From: Solimonas sp.
GTDB taxonomy: Bacteria > Pseudomonadota > Gammaproteobacteria > Nevskiales > Nevskiaceae
DNA length: 64,000 nucleotides
Assembly (NCBI GenBank): GCA_036275615.1
Contig: DASUDL010000047.1
Span: 2,610 to 66,609, forward strand
Direction of reading: 5' to 3'
Positions 53,009 through 63,616 of the stretch are shown here, piece by piece (position 1 is the stretch's first letter; each line of letters begins with the position of its first letter). A model generated the notes under the pieces. It searched no databases and was not told the origin of the DNA. It saw only the letters and a list, made by a program, of their open reading frames with translations. The position numbers and the translations under genes were made by a program.

Positions 53009-53808
53009 TGGCCGCCGATGTGCTCGACCGGATCCTGGCCCGCAAGCGCGAAGAGATCGTCCTGCTCAACCGCCGCTATACACCGGCGGAGCTTGAGGCC
53101 CTGGCCCGCGCGGCCGAGCCGCCGCGCGGCTTCATCCGCCAGCTCTCGGCGAAGGTCGCGGCCGGGCAGGCGGGCGTGATCGCCGAGATCAAGCGCGCCT
53201 CGCCGAGCAAGGGGCTGATCCGCGAGGACTTCGATCCGGCCTGGATCGCCCGCCAGTACGCTGGCGGCGGCGCGGCCTGTCTGTCGGTGCTGACCGACGA
53301 GAAGTTCTTCCAGGGCCACAATGCGTTCCTGGTCCAGGCGCGTGCGGCCTGCGAGTTGCCGGTGATCCGTAAGGATTTCCTGATCGACGAGGCGCAGATC
53401 GTCGAGGCCCGCGCCATCGCTGCGGATTGCGTGCTGCTGATCGCCGCTGCGCTGCGTCCGGAGCGTCTGTGCGCCCTCTATCGCTGCGCACGCGACTGGG
53501 GCATGGACGTGCTGGTGGAAGTGCACGACGCGGCGGAGCTGGACGAGGTGCTGGGCGCCGGCCTGGGCGAGGGCTGGTTGCTGGGCGTGAACAACCGCAA
53601 CCTGCGTACCTTCGAAACCCGCCTCGAGACCACCCTGGAACTGCTCTCCAGGGTGCCGGCAGGCCTCGACCTGGTCACGGAGAGTGGTATTGCCGCGCCG
53701 GCCGACGTGGCACGCATGCGCGCAGCGGGCGTGCACCGCTTCCTGATCGGGGAATCCCTGATGCGCCAGGACGCGCCGGGTCGCGCGCTGCAGGCGCTGG
53801 CCGGCTAG
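53008..53808 (+). CDS. trpC: indole-3-glycerol phosphate synthase
   Basis: IAEIKRASPSKG, LSVLTD, RKDF, GVNNRNL, ESGI; TGATG overlap. Confidence 0.97.
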   Translation: MAADVLDRILARKREEIVLLNRRYTPAELEALARAAEPPRGFIRQLSAKVAAGQAGVIAEIKRASPSKGLIREDFDPAWIARQYAGGGAACLSVLTDEKFFQGHNAFLVQARAACELPVIRKDFLIDEAQIVEARAIAADCVLLIAAALRPERLCALYRCARDWGMDVLVEVHDAAELDEVLGAGLGEGWLLGVNNRNLRTFETRLETTLELLSRVPAGLDLVTESGIAAPADVARMRAAGVHRFLIGESLMRQDAPGRALQALAG

Positions 53809-53818
53809 GAGTCGCGAC

Positions 53819-54448
53819 TCAGGTACCCGGCTTGCGGACGCCGAGGATCAGGATGCTGCGGCCCTGGGACTGCACCATGCCGTCCTCCTCCAGCTTCTTG
53901 AGCACGCGCCCGGCCATCTCCCGCGAGCACCCGACCAGGCGTGCCAGTTCCTGACGCGAACTGCGGATGATGGTGCCGCGCGGATTGCTGACCGCGTCCG
54001 GCTTCTTCACCAGTTCAAGCAGGATGTGAGCCATCCGGCCCGCGACATCGAGGAAGGTGAGATCGCCGAGGCGGCGGGTGGTGTCGCGCAGGCGCCCGGC
54101 CAGCTGCCCCGCCACCTCGAACATGATCTCGGGACGCTGACGCACGAAATCCATGAAGGCGTGGAAGCCGATCTCGGCGGCCAAGGTGGGCGTGCGGGTG
54201 CGGACGATGGCCGTGCGCTGGCGCTGGTCCGGGAACAGGCACATCTCGCCGAAGAAGTCGCCCGGCCCGAGGTAGGCCAGCACGATCTCGCGGCCGTCCT
54301 CGTCCTCCAGCATGATGCTGATCGAGCCCTCGAGAATCAGGTAAAGCGACTGCGGTTCGTCGCCAGCATGGATGATCGTGTGCTTCGGGGGGAAGCTGCG
54401 CTTGTGGGCCTGTGCGACATAGGCCTGTACGACCGGCTTGTTGAGCAT
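53819..54448 (-). CDS. crp: CRP/Vfr/Clp-type global regulator
   Basis: FFGE, R.A.VR, FLDV.GR, RQELARLVGCSREMAGRVLK; start uncertain. Confidence 0.9.
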   Translation of the reverse strand: MLNKPVVQAYVAQAHKRSFPPKHTIIHAGDEPQSLYLILEGSISIMLEDEDGREIVLAYLGPGDFFGEMCLFPDQRQRTAIVRTRTPTLAAEIGFHAFMDFVRQRPEIMFEVAGQLAGRLRDTTRRLGDLTFLDVAGRMAHILLELVKKPDAVSNPRGTIIRSSRQELARLVGCSREMAGRVLKKLEEDGMVQSQGRSILILGVRKPGT

Positions 54449-54537
54449 CGGCTCTGGATCCCCTGGGTCGGATGGGACGACTTCTTGATTTCCTTCAAAA
54501 TACCACAACTTATTTGCGGTTCCTGCGGAGTGAACGA

Positions 54538-54960
54538 GTGAAAGCGCGCATCAAGTGGGCCGAGAACGCCAGCTATATCGCCGAAAGCGGCAGCGGCCAT
54601 GCCATCGTCGTCGATGGCCCCCCGGAGATCGGCGGCCGCAACCTGGGGCCGCGGCCGATGGAGCTGCTGCTCATGGGCGTGGGCGCCTGCTCCTCGGTGG
54701 ACGTGGTGCTGATCCTCAAGAAGTCGCGCCAGGCCGTGACCGACTGCTGGGCGGAGCTGGAGGCCGACCGGGCCGACACCGACCCCAAGGTCTTCACCAA
54801 GATCCGCATGCATTTCGTCGTGACCGGCAAGGCGCTGGCAGAGAATCACGTCCGTCGTGCCGTGGAACTGTCGGCCGAGAAGTACTGCTCGGCCAGCATC
54901 ATGCTGGCCCGCGGCGGGGTCGAGGTGAGCCACAGCTACGAGATCCGGGAAGCCGCCTGA
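54538..54960 (+). CDS. OsmC family protein (YhfA-like)
   Basis: RPMELLL.G.GAC..DV..IL.K, SAEKYCS; divergent from crp. Confidence 0.92.
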   Translation: MKARIKWAENASYIAESGSGHAIVVDGPPEIGGRNLGPRPMELLLMGVGACSSVDVVLILKKSRQAVTDCWAELEADRADTDPKVFTKIRMHFVVTGKALAENHVRRAVELSAEKYCSASIMLARGGVEVSHSYEIREAA

Positions 54961-55106
54961 GCAGGCTGCCGGTCCGCGACCTGCCGGTCATCGGCCCGAC
55001 ACACGGGGGCGGCGGAATTGCCTCATAATCCGCGCCCAAATCCGGGGCCTCCTCACCGAGGGCCGATGGCGACCCGGCGCGCTGGCATTTTCACTGGAGC
55101 ACTGCA

Positions 55107-55922
55107 TTGGCCAAGGCCAAGCCGAAACGGACCGACAACCCGAAGCTGAAGCTGCTGGGCTTCAACAACCTGACCAAGTCCCTGTCGTTCAACATCTACG
55201 ACATCTGCTACGCGCGCACCAAGCAGCACCAGCAGGAATACATCGAGTACATCGACGAGGCCTACAACGCCGAGCGCCTGACCGCAATCCTGACCGAGGT
55301 TGCGCACATCATCGGCGCCAATATCCTGAACGTGGCCCGGCAGGACTACGACCCCCAGGGTGCGTCCGTCACCATGCTGATCTCGGAGGGCCACCACGAC
55401 GGTCTGCCGACGCCGGGCAAGAAGAAGGGGGACAAGGAGTCGGTCGTCGCCCACCTCGACAAGTCGCACATCACGGTCCACACCTATCCGGAAACCCATC
55501 CGGACAATGGCATCTCGACCTTCCGTGCCGACATCGACGTCTCCACCTGCGGCAAGATCTCGCCGCTGAAGGCCCTGAACTACCTGATCAAGTCCTTCGA
55601 GTCGGACATCGTCGTCATGGACTACCGCGTCCGCGGCTTTACCCGCAACGTGCGCGGCAACAAGCACTTCATCGACCACTCGGTGGAGTCGATCCAGGAC
55701 TTCCTGAACTCGGACATCAAGAACCGGTACCAGATGATCGACGTCAACGTCTATCAGGAATTCATCTTCCACACGAAGATGCGCCTGAAGGAACTGGACC
55801 TCGACACCTATCTGTTCGGCGAGGGCGCTTCCGAGCTGCCCCCGCGAGAGGCCAAGAAGATCCGCGAGAACGTGAACCACGAGATCAGCGAGATCTTCTA
55901 CGGGATGAACATCTCCCGCTGA
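55107..55922 (+). CDS. speD: S-adenosylmethionine decarboxylase proenzyme
   Basis: [31 protein letters not shown]; TTG start with GGAG SD. Confidence 0.96.
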   Translation: MAKAKPKRTDNPKLKLLGFNNLTKSLSFNIYDICYARTKQHQQEYIEYIDEAYNAERLTAILTEVAHIIGANILNVARQDYDPQGASVTMLISEGHHDGLPTPGKKKGDKESVVAHLDKSHITVHTYPETHPDNGISTFRADIDVSTCGKISPLKALNYLIKSFESDIVVMDYRVRGFTRNVRGNKHFIDHSVESIQDFLNSDIKNRYQMIDVNVYQEFIFHTKMRLKELDLDTYLFGEGASELPPREAKKIRENVNHEISEIFYGMNISR

Positions 55923-55942
55923 GATCTGCCTCTGCAGAGATG

Positions 55943-55971
55943 AAAAAGGCGGCCCACGGGCCGCCTTTTTT
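55943..55971. terminator. bidirectional intrinsic terminator between speD and bamD
   Basis: AAAAAGGCGGCCC-AC-GGGCCGCCTTTTTT. Confidence 0.88.
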
Positions 55972-55983
55972 CTGCGCCTGTCC

Positions 55984-56814
55984 TCAGGACTGGGGTGCCA
56001 CCGGCGGCGCGGCTGCCGGGACCGGCTCTGGCGCAGCCGTGACCTGGGCGGCGCGATAGGCCTCGCCGAGGCGGCGGGCATCGCCGGCCTGGTCCGTCAG
56101 GCCCAGGGTGTCATAGCTCTCGGCGAGCAGCTCCAGGGCGCGGATGGTCGCTGGCGCCCCCGGGTATTGGGCCACGATCTGCTCCGCGCGCTTGGAGGCG
56201 GCCACGAAGGCACCACGGCGCACGTAATACTCGACCACGGTGAGCTCGTGGGCGGCAATGCGGTTGCGCAGGTGGATCATCCGCGAGCGCGCGTCGGCCG
56301 CGTAGGGGCTGGCCGGGTACTTCTGCACCAGCAGGGCGAAATCATCGAAAGACTTGCGCGCGTTGCCGGCATCGCGACGGGTGGTGTCGAAACCCAGGCT
56401 CTCGAAGATGCCGCTGTCGCGGTCGAAGTTGATCAGGCCCTTGAGATACTGGACGTAGGCAGCCTGCGCATGGCGCGGGTAGTCGCGGGTGAAGCGATCG
56501 GCATCGGCCAGGGCCTCGTCCGGCAGGAAGCTGCGGTACTTGGCATAGATGCTTTCCAGCTGTCCCTGGATCGCATAGTCAGTAAAGGGGAAGCGCAGGC
56601 TGAGCTGCCCGTAGCGCTGGATCGCGGCCTGGTAGTCGCCGTTGTCCAGGGACTCGCGCGCCAGCTTGTACAATTGGCCGGCGGCAAGGCGCTGCTCGCG
56701 CGCGGAGGCCTGTTCCGGCTTGAACGGATTGGCCGGCGGCGGGCGGTCCGGGTCGGAACTGCAGGCCACAAGCAAGGCAGCCGCGGCTGCAACGGCAAGA
56801 AATCTGAGCGTCAT
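55984..56814 (-). CDS. bamD: outer membrane protein assembly lipoprotein BamD
   Basis: lipobox LVAC; TPR motifs, YPASPYA.DA..RM..LRN..A.HE; divergent from rluD. Confidence 0.92.
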   Translation of the reverse strand: MTLRFLAVAAAAALLVACSSDPDRPPPANPFKPEQASAREQRLAAGQLYKLARESLDNGDYQAAIQRYGQLSLRFPFTDYAIQGQLESIYAKYRSFLPDEALADADRFTRDYPRHAQAAYVQYLKGLINFDRDSGIFESLGFDTTRRDAGNARKSFDDFALLVQKYPASPYAADARSRMIHLRNRIAAHELTVVEYYVRRGAFVAASKRAEQIVAQYPGAPATIRALELLAESYDTLGLTDQAGDARRLGEAYRAAQVTAAPEPVPAAAPPVAPQS

Positions 56815-56817
56815 GAG

Positions 56818-57819
56818 ATGAGTGATCCTGCGAACCCCGCGAGTATATCCGCTGAGGATGAAGACCTGCTGCTGGCCGCGGAGGTTCCGGATGCGCTGGC
56901 CGGGGCTCGCCTGGACGCCGCCTGCGCCAAGCTGTTCGACGGCTACTCCCGCTCCCGCCTGCAGACCTGGATCGAGGCCGGACGCCTGCGGGTCAACGGC
57001 GAGGTGGTGGTGCGGGGGCGCCAGCCGGTGGCTCCGGGCGACCAGCTGCTGCTGGACGCCGAGCCGGAGGCCGAGACCCGGGTCCTGCCGCAGGACCTGC
57101 CCCTGGACCTTGTCCACGCCGACCGCGAGATCGCGGTAGTCGCCAAGCCGGCCGGCCTGACCGTGCACCCGGGCGCCGGCCAGCGTGCCGGGACCTTGCA
57201 GAACGCCCTGCTGCACCATTTTCCCCAGACGGCAGCGGTGCCTCGTGCGGGCATCGTCCACCGCCTCGACAAGGACACCTCCGGCCTGCTGGTGGTCGCT
57301 CTGACCCTGAGCGCCCATGCCCGGCTGGTGGCCGAACTGGGCCGGCGCGAGTTCCGGCGGGAGTACGACGCCCTCGTGCAGGGCACGCTCATCGCCGGGG
57401 CGACCATCGACCTGCCGATCGGCCGCCACCCGCGAGAGCGCCTGAAAATGGCGGTGGTGGACGACGGCCGCGAGGCCGTGACCCACTACCGCATCCAGGA
57501 GCGCTTCCCCCAGCACACCCTGCTGCGCTGCCGCCTGGAGACCGGGCGCACCCACCAGATCCGCGTGCACCTGGCGCACCAGCGGTATCCGATCGTCGGC
57601 GACGCGCTCTACGGTGGGCCCATGCGGGGCGCCGGCCTGCCCGAAGCGCTGCGCGAGACCCTGCGCGGTTTCCCGCGCCAGGCCCTCCACGCCCGCGAGC
57701 TCGAACTGACGCACCCGGCGACCGGCAAGCGTCTGTCCTGGACCCTGGAGCCGCCGGCCGACATGCAGGACCTGCTGCGCCAGCTTCGGGCCCACGCCCG
57801 CACCCAGCCGACGCCATGA
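56818..57819 (+). CDS. rluD: 23S rRNA pseudouridine synthase D
   Basis: S4 domain RLD..SRSRLQ.WI; HRLDKDTSGL, LETGRTHQIRVH, RQALHA. Confidence 0.96.
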   Translation: MSDPANPASISAEDEDLLLAAEVPDALAGARLDAACAKLFDGYSRSRLQTWIEAGRLRVNGEVVVRGRQPVAPGDQLLLDAEPEAETRVLPQDLPLDLVHADREIAVVAKPAGLTVHPGAGQRAGTLQNALLHHFPQTAAVPRAGIVHRLDKDTSGLLVVALTLSAHARLVAELGRREFRREYDALVQGTLIAGATIDLPIGRHPRERLKMAVVDDGREAVTHYRIQERFPQHTLLRCRLETGRTHQIRVHLAHQRYPIVGDALYGGPMRGAGLPEALRETLRGFPRQALHARELELTHPATGKRLSWTLEPPADMQDLLRQLRAHARTQPTP

Positions 57820-58559
57820 GCGGTCCCGGCCCGGCGGTCCTGCGTGCCGACTGGCCGGCGCCGCCAGGGGTCCACGCCCTGCAGACGCTTCGCGGGCAGG
57901 GCGCCAGCATCGGCCCCTGGGCCGGCCTGAATCTCGGCGACCACTGTGGCGACGAGCCGGCCTGCGTCGCCGCCAACCGGCTGGCCCTGCGCGAGGGGCT
58001 GCACCTGCCCGGCGAGCCGGGATGGCTGCGCCAGGTGCACGGCACCGCGGTCGCCCGTCTGCCGGCGACTGTCCCGCTGCCCGAGGCCGATGCCGCCTGG
58101 ACCGACCGTGCCGGCGTGGTTTGCGCGATCCTGACGGCGGATTGCCTGCCGGTGGTGCTGGCCGCCGACGACGGGAGCGTCGTGGCGGCGGCTCATGCAG
58201 GCTGGCGTGGACTGGCCGGCGGCGTACTCGAGGCGACGGTGGCTGCCCTGCCGGTGGCGCCGCAACGCCTGCGCGCTTGGATGGGCGCGGCCATCGGCCC
58301 GGCCGCATTCGAGGTCGGCCCGGAAGTGCGCGCGGCCTTCGTCGGGCGGGACCCTGCGACCGCCGTGGCATTCCGGCCGGGGGCAGGGGACCGCTGGCTG
58401 GCGGACCTCTATGCCCTGGCGCGCCGCCGCCTGATGCAGATGGGTGTGTCGCGCGTCGACGGTGGGGGCGAGTGCACCTATGGCGCTGCGGATCGCTGGT
58501 ACTCGTTCCGGCGCGACCGCCTTTGCGGGCGCATGGCGACGCTGATCTGGCGGTCGTGA
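57816..58559 (+). CDS. pgeF: peptidoglycan editing factor / purine nucleoside phosphorylase YfiH
   Basis: QVHG, TADCLPV, AHAGWRG, FEVG.EV, SFRR..GRM. Confidence 0.95.
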   Translation: MSGPGPAVLRADWPAPPGVHALQTLRGQGASIGPWAGLNLGDHCGDEPACVAANRLALREGLHLPGEPGWLRQVHGTAVARLPATVPLPEADAAWTDRAGVVCAILTADCLPVVLAADDGSVVAAAHAGWRGLAGGVLEATVAALPVAPQRLRAWMGAAIGPAAFEVGPEVRAAFVGRDPATAVAFRPGAGDRWLADLYALARRRLMQMGVSRVDGGGECTYGAADRWYSFRRDRLCGRMATLIWRS

Positions 58560-58785
58560 GCCCGAAGGGGCCGTGCGACAGGATTGCGTGGGTTGCACCC
58601 GTCTGTTAAAAAACCCTGCGCCCAAAGCGGGTGCCACGCCACATTTGAAGAACATTAAGTAACGGTCGGCCTTGCCGGCCGGCGTGCCGTCGGAGGACGA
58701 GCGTCCGCCTTGGGGTACTCCCCGGGCTGCCTGAGTCTTCCTCCGCCCGAACCAGTGAGCGGCCTCCGGGCCTGCAGGAAGAGAC

Positions 58786-61083
58786 ATGGGGAAGACGATG
58801 GGCAAGATGCAGGGTTTTGGCATTCAGCGTTCGGCCATGCTGATGGCCGCAGCGATCGCGGCGACCTATTCCGGTGGCGCCTCGGCGCTGGAGGCCGATG
58901 TTTTCGGCACGCCGGTCAAGATCGAGAACCTGATCACCCTGGGTGGCACCTGGCGCATGCAGGGCCGTGATTCCGGCCTCATCGGCAAGTCGACCATGAC
59001 CCCGGGCGTCTGCGTGGCCCGCGTCGGCGACGATGGCGTCTCCGGCCCCAATCCCGATCCTGCGACGAACACCTTCTCCGGCGATACCTGCTCGGCTACC
59101 CGCCCTGACCGCGAGGGCGGCGACGGCACCGCCAATGACTTCTTCATCCGCCAGCCTGGCGCGTTCAGCCCCAACGCGGACAACGGCAACCTCAGCTTCG
59201 AGAAGCACGACCTGGTGCAGGCCACCGCCAAGGTCACTACCGACTTCAGCTTCGAGGCCTTCGGCTTCAATGTGTTCGCCCGCAGCCTCTACTACTTCGA
59301 CGACATCTACGTCGACCACGAGGAAGAGCATCCGGATACCACCCTGCAAGCCTCGAAGAGCCGCTACTCCGGCGCCGGCAAGTCCGCCAACGGCAGCGAT
59401 ATCCGCTTCCTCGACTACTTCATCAGCCGCAGCTTCAAGATCGGTGACCGCGCGGTCAGCGTGAAGGTGGGTGATCAGGTGTTGAACTGGGGCGAAAGCG
59501 CCTTCCTGGCCCTGAACAGCCTCAACACGATCAATGCGCCGAATCAGGTGCTGCTGCGTTTCCCGGGGTCTGACATCAAGGAAGTGTTCCAGCCCCAGGG
59601 CATGGCGGTGATCAACGCCGACCTGTTCGAGGGCGTGGGCCTGGAAGTGTTCTACCAGTACGAGTGGAAGCCGATCATCGTCGACCCCGTCGGCAGCTTC
59701 TTCTCGGTCTCGGACACCCTCGGTGATGGTGGCCGCTACGCGATGCTGTCGTTTGCCAAGGCGCCCGAGGACCCGGACGAGCTCTATCGCCCCTACCGCA
59801 ATCCCCAGGATCCTTCGGCCGTGCTCGGTTCGCAGTCCGATCGCACGCTGCTGCGCAATACCGCCGAAGAGAACCGGCGCCGTCCGGATGACGGCGGCCA
59901 GTACGGTGCGGCCCTGAAGTTCTTCCTTGAAGACTTCAACAACGGCACCGAAGTTGGCCTGTACTTCGCCAACTATCACTCGCGTGTGCCGAGCGTCTCG
60001 GCGATCGCCGCCGACGCCACCTGCATTCCCGATGCCCCGATCGGCACCCCCGTGGACAACCTCCTCGGCCTGCTGAATCCGATGGGTTGCGCGGTACCGC
60101 TCGCCAACTTCCTGGCCCTTGCCCTGCAGCAGGCCGGCCAGGACGTCACCTACCAGCCTGCCAATGGCCCAGCGGGCGATGCGCTGCCGGTGGGTTCGGC
60201 GCAGCTGGTTGTCGAGTACCCCGAAGATATCCGCATGTACGGTATCTCGTTCAATACGACGATCGGCGACTTCGCCTGGGCGGGCGAGTACGTGTTCCGT
60301 GACAACCTGCCGCTGCAGATCCACACCACCGACCTGATCTTCGCGGCGCTGCAGCCGGCGTTCCCGGCCAACGACTACAGCCTGGGCGTCGCCACCCTGC
60401 CGGGCCGCCGCACTGCCGTGCCGGACTTCATCACCCAGTACCGCGGCATCGATGTGGGTGCCAACGACTACATCCGCGGCTATGAGCGCATGAAGATCGG
60501 CCAGCTCGGGACCAACATCCTGAAGCTGGTGGGTGGCGACAACCCGCTGGGCGCCAGCCAGATCACACTGCTGCTGGAAATGGGCCTGACCCATGTGGTG
60601 GACATGCCGGGCCTGGACGAACTGCAGTTCAACGGCGGTGGCAACGACACCCACATCTCGGGCGGCGCCGACGGCAGCATCGGCATCAACCCGCGCGATG
60701 TCCGCACCGATCCCAACGATCCGACCACCAACGGCACCACGGCAACCCTGCGCCAGAATCCGATCGCCCACGAGGATCGCGGCGGCTTCGGTACCGAGAT
60801 CTCCTACGGCTACCGCTTCGTGACCCTGACGCGCTACGACAACGCCTTCCTCGGGGTGAACATCGAGTTGCTCAACGCGCTGTTCCATGACGTGGAGGGT
60901 GTGGCGCCGGGCCTCGGCCAGAACTTCGTGGAAGGCCGCAAGACCGTCCTCTCGGGCATTCGCTGGGACTACCTGTCGAAGTATTCGGGCGAACTGCGCT
61001 ACACCTGGTTCACGGGCGGCAAGGACCGCGACGCGGCCCGCGACCGCGACAACCTGTTGCTGTTCCTCGGCTACAGCTTCTGA
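58786..61083 (+). CDS. DUF1302 family outer-membrane protein
   Basis: signal peptide; N.DNGNL.F, G.QVLNWGES, QYG.A.K, YHSR, YPEDI..YG.SFNT, DRD..L..GYSF terminal Phe. Confidence 0.85.
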   Translation: MGKTMGKMQGFGIQRSAMLMAAAIAATYSGGASALEADVFGTPVKIENLITLGGTWRMQGRDSGLIGKSTMTPGVCVARVGDDGVSGPNPDPATNTFSGDTCSATRPDREGGDGTANDFFIRQPGAFSPNADNGNLSFEKHDLVQATAKVTTDFSFEAFGFNVFARSLYYFDDIYVDHEEEHPDTTLQASKSRYSGAGKSANGSDIRFLDYFISRSFKIGDRAVSVKVGDQVLNWGESAFLALNSLNTINAPNQVLLRFPGSDIKEVFQPQGMAVINADLFEGVGLEVFYQYEWKPIIVDPVGSFFSVSDTLGDGGRYAMLSFAKAPEDPDELYRPYRNPQDPSAVLGSQSDRTLLRNTAEENRRRPDDGGQYGAALKFFLEDFNNGTEVGLYFANYHSRVPSVSAIAADATCIPDAPIGTPVDNLLGLLNPMGCAVPLANFLALALQQAGQDVTYQPANGPAGDALPVGSAQLVVEYPEDIRMYGISFNTTIGDFAWAGEYVFRDNLPLQIHTTDLIFAALQPAFPANDYSLGVATLPGRRTAVPDFITQYRGIDVGANDYIRGYERMKIGQLGTNILKLVGGDNPLGASQITLLLEMGLTHVVDMPGLDELQFNGGGNDTHISGGADGSIGINPRDVRTDPNDPTTNGTTATLRQNPIAHEDRGGFGTEISYGYRFVTLTRYDNAFLGVNIELLNALFHDVEGVAPGLGQNFVEGRKTVLSGIRWDYLSKYSGELRYTWFTGGKDRDAARDRDNLLLFLGYSF

Positions 61084-62435
61084 TGCGGTGGGGCCGCGCC
61101 GCCGGCTGTGCGGCCGGAGCCCTGCTGTTGCCGTCGATGCTCCTGGCCAAGGTGCCGGCCGATGAGGCCAAGCGCCTGGGGGCCGACCTGACCCCCTGGG
61201 GGGCCGAGGCTGCAGCCAACGCAGCGGGATCGATTCCGGAGTGGCGCGGTGGGCTGACCACCGCGCCGCCCTGTTTCAAGGGCGCCGGCAGCCGCTACTG
61301 CGACCCTTTTCCGGACGAGCAACCGCTCTACACCGTGAGCGCGGCCAACCTGGCCGAGCACCGCATGTACCTGAGTCCCGGCCAGCAGGCCCTGCTCGAG
61401 CGGTATCCCGACAGTTATCGCATGCGCGTATTCCCCACGCGCCGCAGCTTCGCCAATCCCGCAGCCCTGTACGAGGCGGCCCGCCGCAATGCGGAGACGG
61501 CCGTGCTGGGGGAGGGCGAGACCCTGCTGGATGCGCGCCTGGGCGTGCCCTTTCCCATTCCAGGGGATGGACGGGAAATCCTCTTCAACCACCGCCTGCG
61601 TTACCTGGGCGGTGCCTACCGCCGGGTCTTCGCCCAGTTTGCGGTGACAGCGGGTGGTGACATCAGCCTCACCCGCGTGCGCGAGGACTATCGCGCGCCC
61701 TACAGTCTGGCGGCTCCGACGGCGAAGGAGGCGGGGGTGGTGATGCGGCAGACCCTGCACCAGGTCCTGCAGCCGCCGCGCCTGGCCGGGTCGCTGCTGC
61801 TGCAGCACGAGATGCAGCAGCCTCTGCGCGAGGCGCACCGGGCCTGGCAGTACAGCCCGGGTCAGGAGCGTCTGCGGCGCACGGCCACGCTCGCCTACGA
61901 CACGCCGGGCCTGGGCGCCGACAACCTGCGCTTCAATGACCAGCTCGACGGCTTCAGCGGTCCCGGCGATCGCTATGACTGGAAGCTGGTAGGCAAGGCG
62001 GAGCACCTGGTGCCGGCCAACAGCTACGTCCTGCACAGTGACCGTTACCGCTATGCCGAGATCGTGCGCCGGCATCACCTGAATCCGGACCTGCCCCGAT
62101 ACGAGTTGCGTCGGGTCTGGGTGGTCGAGGCTCAGCTGCGCAAGACCAGCAGTCATCCCTATCGGAAGCGGCGCCTGTACGTCGACGAAGACGGCTGGCA
62201 GATCCGGGTGGTTGATCTCTACGACGGCAGCGACCAGCTATGGCGGGTGCAGGAGGTGCACAGCCTGCCGGCCTATGACCAGCTTTTCGAGCTTCCGGTC
62301 GGTGAAACCGTGTACGATCTGCCGAGCGGCCGTTACCTCGCGCAGGGCTTGAATAACGAAGATCCGGAAACGCTCGTCCAGGCCCTTGAGCCCGGGCAGT
62401 TCGAGCCGGGCACGGTGTCGAGGTTGGCAAAGTAG
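61083..62435 (+). CDS. DUF1329 family periplasmic protein
   Basis: LG..LTPWGAE.A.NA.G.IP.W.GG, W.Y.PG..R.RR, RYELRRVWVVEA, Y.DED.W. Confidence 0.88.
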   Translation: MRWGRAAGCAAGALLLPSMLLAKVPADEAKRLGADLTPWGAEAAANAAGSIPEWRGGLTTAPPCFKGAGSRYCDPFPDEQPLYTVSAANLAEHRMYLSPGQQALLERYPDSYRMRVFPTRRSFANPAALYEAARRNAETAVLGEGETLLDARLGVPFPIPGDGREILFNHRLRYLGGAYRRVFAQFAVTAGGDISLTRVREDYRAPYSLAAPTAKEAGVVMRQTLHQVLQPPRLAGSLLLQHEMQQPLREAHRAWQYSPGQERLRRTATLAYDTPGLGADNLRFNDQLDGFSGPGDRYDWKLVGKAEHLVPANSYVLHSDRYRYAEIVRRHHLNPDLPRYELRRVWVVEAQLRKTSSHPYRKRRLYVDEDGWQIRVVDLYDGSDQLWRVQEVHSLPAYDQLFELPVGETVYDLPSGRYLAQGLNNEDPETLVQALEPGQFEPGTVSRLAK

Positions 62436-62532
62436 GTTGCGGGTGTGCGGCCCTCCGGGCCGCATGGTGCGAACGGAAGGATCTTGGCAACAGAGAAGGC
62501 GCGGAACCATCGCGCTCCACGCAGGGGGTTAC

Positions 62533-63585
62533 ATGAGCATGCTGACAAAGAAATGGCTGGCCACGCTGAGCCTGTGCGCCGCCGCGGCCACGGGCCTGGC
62601 CCTGGCACAGGATGAAGCTGCGCCCGAGGAAGTGGCCGATCCGGCCGCCGAGGCCGTGGTGGAGGACGAGGCGGCTGCCGAGAGCGAGGCGCCTGCAGCG
62701 CCGGCGGTTCCGGTCAAGGCCATGGACTCCGAGATCATGCCCCTGACCCCCAAGGGCCTGCTCCTCGACGTGACCAACACCGGCAAGCGCCTGATCGCCG
62801 TGGGCGACCGCGGCGGCATCATCGCTTCCGTCAACGGCCAGGACTGGGTGCAGGTCAAGGCGCCGGTACGTTCGGTGTTGACGGCGTTGAGCTTCGCCGA
62901 CGAGAACAATGGCTGGGCCGTGGGCCATGACGCGACCATCCTCGCGACCACGGACGGCGGGCGGACCTGGAAGCTGCAGAACTTCCAGCCAGAGCTGGAG
63001 AAGCCCTTCCTCGACGTGCTGTTCGTCGACGCCAGCAAGGGCTTCGCAGTCGGTGCCTATGGCCTGTTCTACCAGACCATCGACGGTGGCCAGAACTGGG
63101 CCGAGGTCAGCAGCCCGATCCGCGAGGAGGAACTGCATTTCAACGGCATTGCCCGCCTTGCCAACGGCGATCTCTTCATTGCCGGCGAGCAGGGCATGCT
63201 GGCCGTCTCGGCCGATGGCGGCGCCACTTGGACCAAGGTGACTTCGCCGTACGAGAGCTCGCTGTTCGGCGTGCAGCCCTTCGGCGAGAAAGGGGCGCTG
63301 ATCTATGGTCTCCGTGGCAACGCCTACGTGACGCAGGACGCGCGCGGCGGCGAGTGGACCAAGCTGGAAACCAATTCCGTGGCCTCGATCTTCGGCGGTC
63401 TCAGCCTTGAGGACGGCGGCTACGCACTGGTCGGTCTGAACGGTGTGATCTTCCTCGTCGATGGCAGCGGCGCGGTGCGCTCGCTGCAGACGCCGACCGG
63501 CACCCCGCTGTCGGCGGCGGTGGCCTTCGGCAACGGCCTGCTCGCTGTCGGCGAGTCGGGCGTGCAGCGCGTCAGCCTCCAGTAA
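62533..63585 (+). CDS. YCF48-like BNR/beta-propeller protein
   Basis: signal peptide; repeated Asp-box S/T.DGG..W; AVGDRG, WAVGHD. Confidence 0.85.
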   Translation: MSMLTKKWLATLSLCAAAATGLALAQDEAAPEEVADPAAEAVVEDEAAAESEAPAAPAVPVKAMDSEIMPLTPKGLLLDVTNTGKRLIAVGDRGGIIASVNGQDWVQVKAPVRSVLTALSFADENNGWAVGHDATILATTDGGRTWKLQNFQPELEKPFLDVLFVDASKGFAVGAYGLFYQTIDGGQNWAEVSSPIREEELHFNGIARLANGDLFIAGEQGMLAVSADGGATWTKVTSPYESSLFGVQPFGEKGALIYGLRGNAYVTQDARGGEWTKLETNSVASIFGGLSLEDGGYALVGLNGVIFLVDGSGAVRSLQTPTGTPLSAAVAFGNGLLAVGESGVQRVSLQ

Positions 63586-63616
63586 TCGCGTCCAGCATCC
63601 AGACAGGCGAACCAAC

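Noticed and set aside
58560-58785. AT-richer 225-nt spacer before DUF1302 considered as an ncRNA or CRP site
   Set aside because: No convincing TGTGA-N6-TCACA, sigma54 motif or known RNA fold visible; likely an ordinary promoter region
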